A stretch of DNA of 64,000 bases from Asterias rubens (taxonomy: Eukaryota), in the NCBI RefSeq assembly GCF_902459465.1, contig NW_022985705.1:124001-188000 (forward strand), written 5' to 3'. A model generated the notes under the pieces. The model did not search any database. It saw only the letters and a program-made list of their open reading frames with translations, and had not been told where the DNA came from. Each line of letters begins with the position of its first letter. Position 1 is the first letter of the stretch. Shown in pieces: positions 58,310 to 64,000 of this stretch. The position numbers were made by a program, and so were the translations under genes.

Positions 58310-58461
58310 GGGTGCGTTCGTTTAGCTTCCCTGGGTCGACTGGGGTGTGTGGCAGGTTTTTTTTCCAGGACAAACGTGGGTAATTATCTGCACACGTTCG
58401 TCCTGGGAAAAAAAACCGCCACACACCGGGGTCGACCCAGGGAAGCTAAACGAACGCACCC
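58310..58461. mobile_element. Harbinger-type hairpin MITE with TGA TSD
   Basis: Perfect 31-bp TIRs GGGTGCGTTCGTTTAGCTTCCCTGGGTCGAC; direct TGA at 58307-58309 and 58462-58464. Confidence 0.88.
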
Positions 58462-58568
58462 TGAATAATTGCCATTTTCTTCTAGCTATTGAGAACTTTG
58501 GGAAAGTTCATAACACTTGCTACTGAGCTTGTTAAAAAACATGCCATTATGCTAAGTGGCTTCATCTG

Positions 58569-58836
58569 GGCCCAATTTCATAGAGCTGTTAAGCACATAA
58601 ATTTGCTTAACGTGAAATTTCTAGTTGCGATGACCTAACCCTCGGGAGGAGAAATTTCTGCGTGGGTAAACACAGGATTATCAACCAAATTTCCACATTA
58701 TTTTCAGAATGAGCAAACAACAGCTGAATATCAGTAACAAGCAATATGCAACAAATGGAAATTTGCCTGTTTTTGTCAAGTAAGAAATGTTATGCTAAGC
58801 AAATTTGTGTGCTTAGCAGCTCTATGAAATTTGGCC
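58569..58836. mobile_element. Family E Harbinger-like MITE with CTG TSD
   Basis: CTG|GGCCCAATTTCATAGAGCTG ... CAGCTCTATGAAATTTGGCC|CTG. Confidence 0.85.
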
Positions 58837-58927
58837 CTGTCATGTCCCGGGGGAAAAATGCGACCGTGCGAAAGTGGCAGTGTAAAAGATTGTCAAGAGG
58901 GGGCGCTATGTGTAAACAGTCGATGTC

Positions 58928-59081
58928 ATAGACCTTTTCGTAAATACCGGGGCGCGCGCGTAACGCTTGGAATTAGGTGCATTGTGGTCTAGCTGGTATC
59001 CAAATTTGATCCATATCTATCCCACAATGCACCTCATTCAACAGTCTGCGCTTGCGCATTGGTATTTGCGATAAGGTCTAT
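58928..59081. mobile_element. Unclassified hairpin MITE (ATAGACCTT...AAGGTCTAT)
   Basis: Inverted ends, plus an inner pair GGTGCATTGTGG / CCACAATGCACC. Confidence 0.7.
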
Positions 59082-59510
59082 TTCCACGTTCCGCGCTAAA
59101 AGACTTGAAAAATAAACACACCGCATGATTCAGGGGTCATGATGTTACCAACGCGTAATTCTCACGGGTTGTTTTTACCATACTGTGCGTGATTTAATGG
59201 GACTTTACCACACAGATAGACATGCTGGTCGGTCTGTACTACTGTGGTAGGTCGGCAGGGTGTCGAGTGACTGAGTTTAATCGGTGAAAGTCCAAGGTAC
59301 GTCGCCAAGTATTACACCAGATTAAAAACTAAACATATGAGTTTGTGTTCCGTATCGAGATATGTTTATCTCTATAGTTGTATTGCCAGCCAGAGTTGAG
59401 CATTGTATGTGTGAAGTGGAATGGTCATGAACATGGTGGTCAACTCTTCTTTGGCAACAAGGACGAAATAGATTACAATCTTGGTCGTGATGTCGGAATT
59501 AAGTTCAGAA

Positions 59511-62500
59511 ATGGAGACGTAAGTAAAGTAGTCGCCTCAGTTGTGTACAATGCAGGTGTATAATAATAATTGTTCATGATGGTTTCTTCATGTTGGACTG
59601 TCTGAATTTTAATCTGAATATTATAGACGATGCGTGTGACATCACAGTTTACAGTTTACAAAATAGCCACAGACTCTGTGACAGAGCCTGGACTTCCTGC
59701 AGGCACGATTTGTACACAACCTAATGGAAGAAAACATAAAATCTAATATTTTATGGAGATTGCACTAGGACTGTCTTATTCCTATCGACCTTGGATAATG
59801 AAAGGGGGCACATCTCAAAACTTGCCAAACTTTTTCTTTCATAAAAAACTCTTGGATTTACATGACTTATGTGGAATAATGACACAGAATGTCAACTTTC
59901 CCATATGGTCAGTGCAGTATCTTGCCTGCCATGGACTAGCTAGCCCAGGGCCCAATTTCATGGCTCTGCTTACCACTGATTTCTGTGCTTACGATCACGA
60001 TTCCCCGCTTATGTGCCAAGCGCCGAATTTCTGCGCTAGCCTTGTAAGCGTAGAATGCCTAGTAACGCGGAGTACGCACACGCAGAAGCCAAACCTCGCC
60101 GCTAGCCGGTGCAATACGCTTGCCGTAAGCACAGAATTCCCTGCTTCCATAAGCGCCGATTCTGTGCTTCAGTAAGTAGAGCCATGAAATTGGGCCCAGC
60201 TAGGACTCCTCTACTAGGGCTACCAGACTAACCAAAGAATGTGCAAGGTCACACTTATTGTAAACAAAGGTCACATGGTCTATATCATCCTAATGTTTGT
60301 AAACATCACATCAACATCTTTTGTAGAGAAGACAAAGACATCAGTTTTAGATGTGGGAGGAAAACCCTGTTGGTACACTGTTTCTAATAGTGTTAATTTA
60401 ACCAAACCAATGGATAACTTTCCGTATGGCGCCATCACTTTTTCACTAATTTTACAAAAAGGGATACCCCATTGAGGTAAATTAGATATTAACATATCGA
60501 ATGAAAAAGTGGTGGCGCCATTTGGAAACTTTTCCAAACCAATAAATAACTTTGCCGTAACTTTTAATTAGAAACATATTTGCGTCTAAAGAAAAAACTT
60601 TCTGTATCATATAGGGAATTCCAAAGAGGAAGTTTTTTTTTATAAGTCACATTTCAGAATTTGGTGTTATTTTTATACTGTAATCCACTTATCTGATAAC
60701 CATGATGATTCTTCCAATACACAGGTCATTGATTAATAATAAAGTTCAATCAGTCCGGGTCATTTCAACTTTGCAGTAACCACATGGGCCTAATTAGGCC
60801 ATAGATAAATTACTTCTTACATGACTGATCAATTTCTGTATGAAGTGAAGAACAACATTTGTCTGTCACATTTTGTCTGTCACTTTTTACGCACAACCCA
60901 TCTTTCTTGAAACAAGATCTCACCAAAATTAGGCTTGATGTGTTGTTTGTGTTCTCAATGAGCTTGTGATTGTTCTAGAATGTAACAACCCTGCTGAAAA
61001 AAAACAGGCATGCATATTGGAGAGTCAAAAGTGGTATGTTGCTCGCAACGCAAATTTGTTCATGACACATAATGTGTAGATACTGATCTTTTTTCCCATA
61101 TTATTGCTTGAAGTTTAGTGTGATTTTGTTAATTATTTTTGTCTATATTGACCATTGTTTAATTTATGTTAAATTAATCCTTTTTTTAATTTTTTAATTT
61201 TTTATTAATGTTACAGGGAAAATCAGACATGCACCCTGAAGGAGTACCGGGGATTCCTGGTTCACTGCTCGTTTCCTATTTCGGTATGTTGGCTCCTCCC
61301 ACTTCGACTTTGCATTAAAAAGATATTTACTCCCTCACACAACAAAAAAACCACCTCTGCACAAATGGGCTTCTACCACTTCCATCATTTTGGAAGTAGG
61401 GCCTACAAAAACCATTTTGGGAGTACCCGGAATTGTTTGTCCATTCCTATTTGTTTTCAGCGCGAAATTTGAATATGATGTCATTGGATTTCAACATACT
61501 AGAGGGTCTTTACATGTACATTCTTATGATGTATTTTTCATATAAGTCAAAAGTAAAATTCAAAGTTGTTTTGATTAAAAACATGTAATCATCAAGTCAG
61601 GATCAAATTCATAATTCCCCGTTCAAAAATAACACCTATTTTTACTAGAATGATGTCATTAGATGTTTTTGATTTCGACAAACTTTGCACTGTATGGAAG
61701 GGTATGGTATGCAATGGCCTGTGTGAACCAGTCTAATTTTGAGCCCTAGGCCTATGTTATTGATATCTCGCATGTTTCGTGAGGATAACTTTCTGTATCC
61801 TGCCACCACTTTTTCACTAATTTTTACAAAAAGGGATATCTCATTGAGGTAAATTAGATCATTTCGAATGAAAAAGTGGTTGTGTGAAACAGAAACTTTT
61901 CCTTTCATGAATACAGTCCACTTGCAGTAAGCCTTGGGTCCAATGTTCTGTCAGTTTTGAATAATATGGTATTGCTTTTGGTTTCAGGTTGTTATGGTGT
62001 TAATCCTCAGCTTCATGCAACGCACCAAGAAGGAAAGAAGAACCGGACGCTCCAATTGGTTCAGGGAAAATTTCTCCCTTATTTTGTAAGTTTCTATAAA
62101 GCCATAATGTCTATTTGAAATTTTAACGGGTACCGTCACTTTTAGTTTATATTCATCTGATTTATTCAATTCAATTCAATTCAATTCAGTAACATTTATT
62201 TCAATGCTGCAATTCATTACAAAAAAGCACAATAAGTTGAAATTACCCAAGTAACACAGTAACATGAGATAATAAATATATTTGGTGCACAATGATTCAA
62301 TAGTAATCAGCAGATAAATACACAACATCTAGGTGTATGATGAAGCAGAATGCTTTTGTACCATAACCTATGAACAAACAAACATAAAACCACGGATCGT
62401 GACGGGACAAATATTTATTATTGGCAGTGCAAGTCTCGTGCGTATTTGACAAGTTTAACCTGTATAATTGCGCAAGTTTGTTTCCTTAGGACGGCGGCTG

Positions 62501-63488
62501 GGCGGGCCTGCCCAGAACTAACATAATAATTTTGCCCAGATGAGAAAAACACACTGTACTGCCTAGCACAGATTTCCCCCAGATTGCACTTCAGCAATGA
62601 AGGCCCCATACCTAAACACGAATAATTTAATATTGTTGAACTGCTCGCCCTTGGTGGATTTAGCTACCTTCATGCATTCAAACTATAAGGACCAAAGTGG
62701 GCCCCAAAATGTCTGAAAACACGCGAAAATTGCACGATGTGTTGATTTATTAAAAATTTTCTCATAGCATATGTTTTTTTTTAACAAGGTGGTTGGCACT
62801 GGTGAAAAGCATCCCTTTTTTTTTTATTATACGAAATATGGACAGATGAGCAAGTTGACAAACTAGCAAATGACAACAAATGGAATTTCATCTTTGAAAG
62901 GGCAAAGGCCATTTTCATTTTGCAAAGGGTACCTCCATTGGAAAATCTGAAAGTCAATGGGAAACTTTTGAAGGGGCACCAATGCCAGGACCAAGGGACT
63001 ACGGAGGCCATGGGCCTCCGTTGCCGGGTCTGCCTCGTTGATGATGTAGGCTGTAAACAGTGATTATTGGATTACAAAATTGTTTACAAGGATTTAAACT
63101 GCCTCTAGCTACCAGGCAGTCTCGGTGGTCTAGTTGGTAAGACACTGCTCTAGAATTGCAAAGGTGGTGGGTTAGAATCCCAACCTAGTAATATGCCTGT
63201 GATTTTTGTTCACATAGCTCGGGAAAGTACCGAGTATACAGTGCTAACACACATCGGTGTATATATGTAAAACTAAAATTAATATTCTTCTTCCTGATGC
63301 AAACTTCCATCTATTAAATATTTGTTACATTATTCTGTGTCCTTCCAGTCCGGTTGATCTTTATGAGAACCATGACCGACTGGCCTACTGCCTCGCTTTC
63401 GGGGCTTCCTCCTCCATGGTCTTGGATCTACTGTTTAACGACTACACTGCATACCTGTTTCATCAAGAGCCTCCAGGATGGTCAAAGA
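59511..63488 (+). CDS. STRA6L: STRA6-like multipass membrane protein (RBP-receptor family), 5' part; continues beyond the window
   Basis: Exons 61217-61283, 61988-62085 and 63349-63488 splice in phase to ENQTCTLKEYRGFLVHCSFPISVVMVLILSFMQR...FPVDLYENHDRLAYCLAFGASSSMVLDLLFNDY...PPGWSK. This matches recalled STRA6L motifs (NITC..FLHYSLIPS..ILVLSFLQRR; PLDF..NRWSYGAAFGA). The start (ATG 59511 in exon 59378-59518, giving MET-ENQTC) is tentative. Confidence 0.8.
59949..60196. mobile_element. Family E Harbinger-like MITE with CAG TSD
   Basis: CAG|GGCCCAATTTCATGGCTCTGCTTAC ... GTAAGTAGAGCCATGAAATTGGGCC|CAG. Confidence 0.9.
60412..60535. mobile_element. Merlin-like MITE with perfect 8-bp TSD
   Basis: GG...CC termini; AAACCAAT duplicated at 60404-60411 and 60536-60543. 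Confidence 0.85.
61783..61902. mobile_element. Merlin-like MITE, diverged
   Basis: Same family; flanks TTTCGTGA and TTTCATGA (7/8 match). Confidence 0.75.
62885..63012 (+). repeat. Dispersed repeat family G
   Basis: TTTGAAAGGGCAAAGGCCATTTTCATTTTGCAAAGGG.AC.TCCATTGGAAAATCT, also at about 45095-45185, inverted at about 44460-44525, and as fragments at 11880 and 50170. Confidence 0.7.
63098..63262 (+). repeat. tRNA-derived SINE, third family
   Basis: GGCAGTCTCGGTGGTCTAGTTGGTAAG (A-box-like) ... GGGTTAGAATCCC (B-box-like), with a tail ATACAGTGCTAACACACATCGGTGTA also seen at about 35420-35440. Confidence 0.65.
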
Positions 63489-64000
63489 GTAAGGCAACAT
63501 TTTTCCCTGTTTTTTCTCGTAACAGTGTCCACTGGCCAAATGCCAGTGAAAACACCCCAGGATATCAGTCACACTCTATTTTAAAATTTTTTAAAATGGT
63601 CTGGCTGGCTGGAAGTGTTGAAAAGCATGTCCCTATTTTTGGACGGATCAAACAATTTATTGGTTTTCCATTACAACCCCTGGCTCAGTTGACTTCAGTG
63701 CCTCTGCATTGTTAATTATATTTTGAAATACTGTGTGTCTTCATTCATGTAATAGTTAAAAACAAAAGGTGTGCTTAGAAAACACTGCAGGACTTGTTCC
63801 GTTATTATTCATTTGGAACTTATATTGCAGGGATGACAAATTTCGGACTTTTATCTGAATTCTGACTTTTTCAAATCTATCTGGTAAACGAAAAAACGCT
63901 GTACATGTACATCTCCAAATAACGTAAGTCATGCTCTTTGATCTACTTCTCTAGCACTGGGGTTGCTGCTCCCTGTCGCTGGGTTATCGAAAATTGGAAA

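Noticed and set aside
59378-59563. Open 47-codon frame LYCQPELSIV...KFRNGD as a coding exon of the STRA6-like gene
   Set aside because: It ends in phase 0 whereas exon 61217 needs phase 2. The ATG at 59511 gives the correct phase and a short STRA6L-like N-terminus. Not fully excluded.
60327-60372. Small AG/GT-bounded segment (EKTKTSVLDVGGKPCW) as a STRA6-like exon
   Set aside because: Its 3' phase fits, but it needs a phase-1 upstream partner that I could not find, and the donor GTACAC is weak.

Overview
Animal genomic DNA: AT-rich, spliceosomal GT-AG introns, very rich in MITEs and SINEs. An invertebrate deuterostome such as an echinoderm is my inference and is not proven. Genes reconstructed by hand from splice signals and reading phase: (1) a complete cytoplasmic poly(A)-binding protein gene (+, 11 coding exons, ~644 aa) with a probable A-rich autoregulatory 5' exon; (2) two intact tandem paralogs (-) of an unnamed ~480-aa multipass membrane protein whose inferred topology resembles the insect odorant/gustatory-receptor-like (7TMIC/GRL) ion channels; (3) a third paralog (+) whose first coding exon is split by an 8.5-kb CACT-ended EnSpm/CMC DNA transposon with a TA target duplication; (4) the 5' third of focadhesin (FOCAD, -), cut off by a 500-N gap; (5) complete CCDC124 (+), head-to-head with FOCAD; (6) the 5' exons of a STRA6-like gene (+) that runs off the window end. 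Repeats include a PIF/Harbinger element containing a 728-bp foldback, about 15 TTAA-flanked Kolobok/T2-type MITEs or fragments, Harbinger, Merlin-like and Ginger-like MITEs, tRNA-derived SINEs and an L2-type LINE tail. All homology calls come from remembered family motifs, not database searches. Exon boundaries were read manually and may be off by a few bases where stated.
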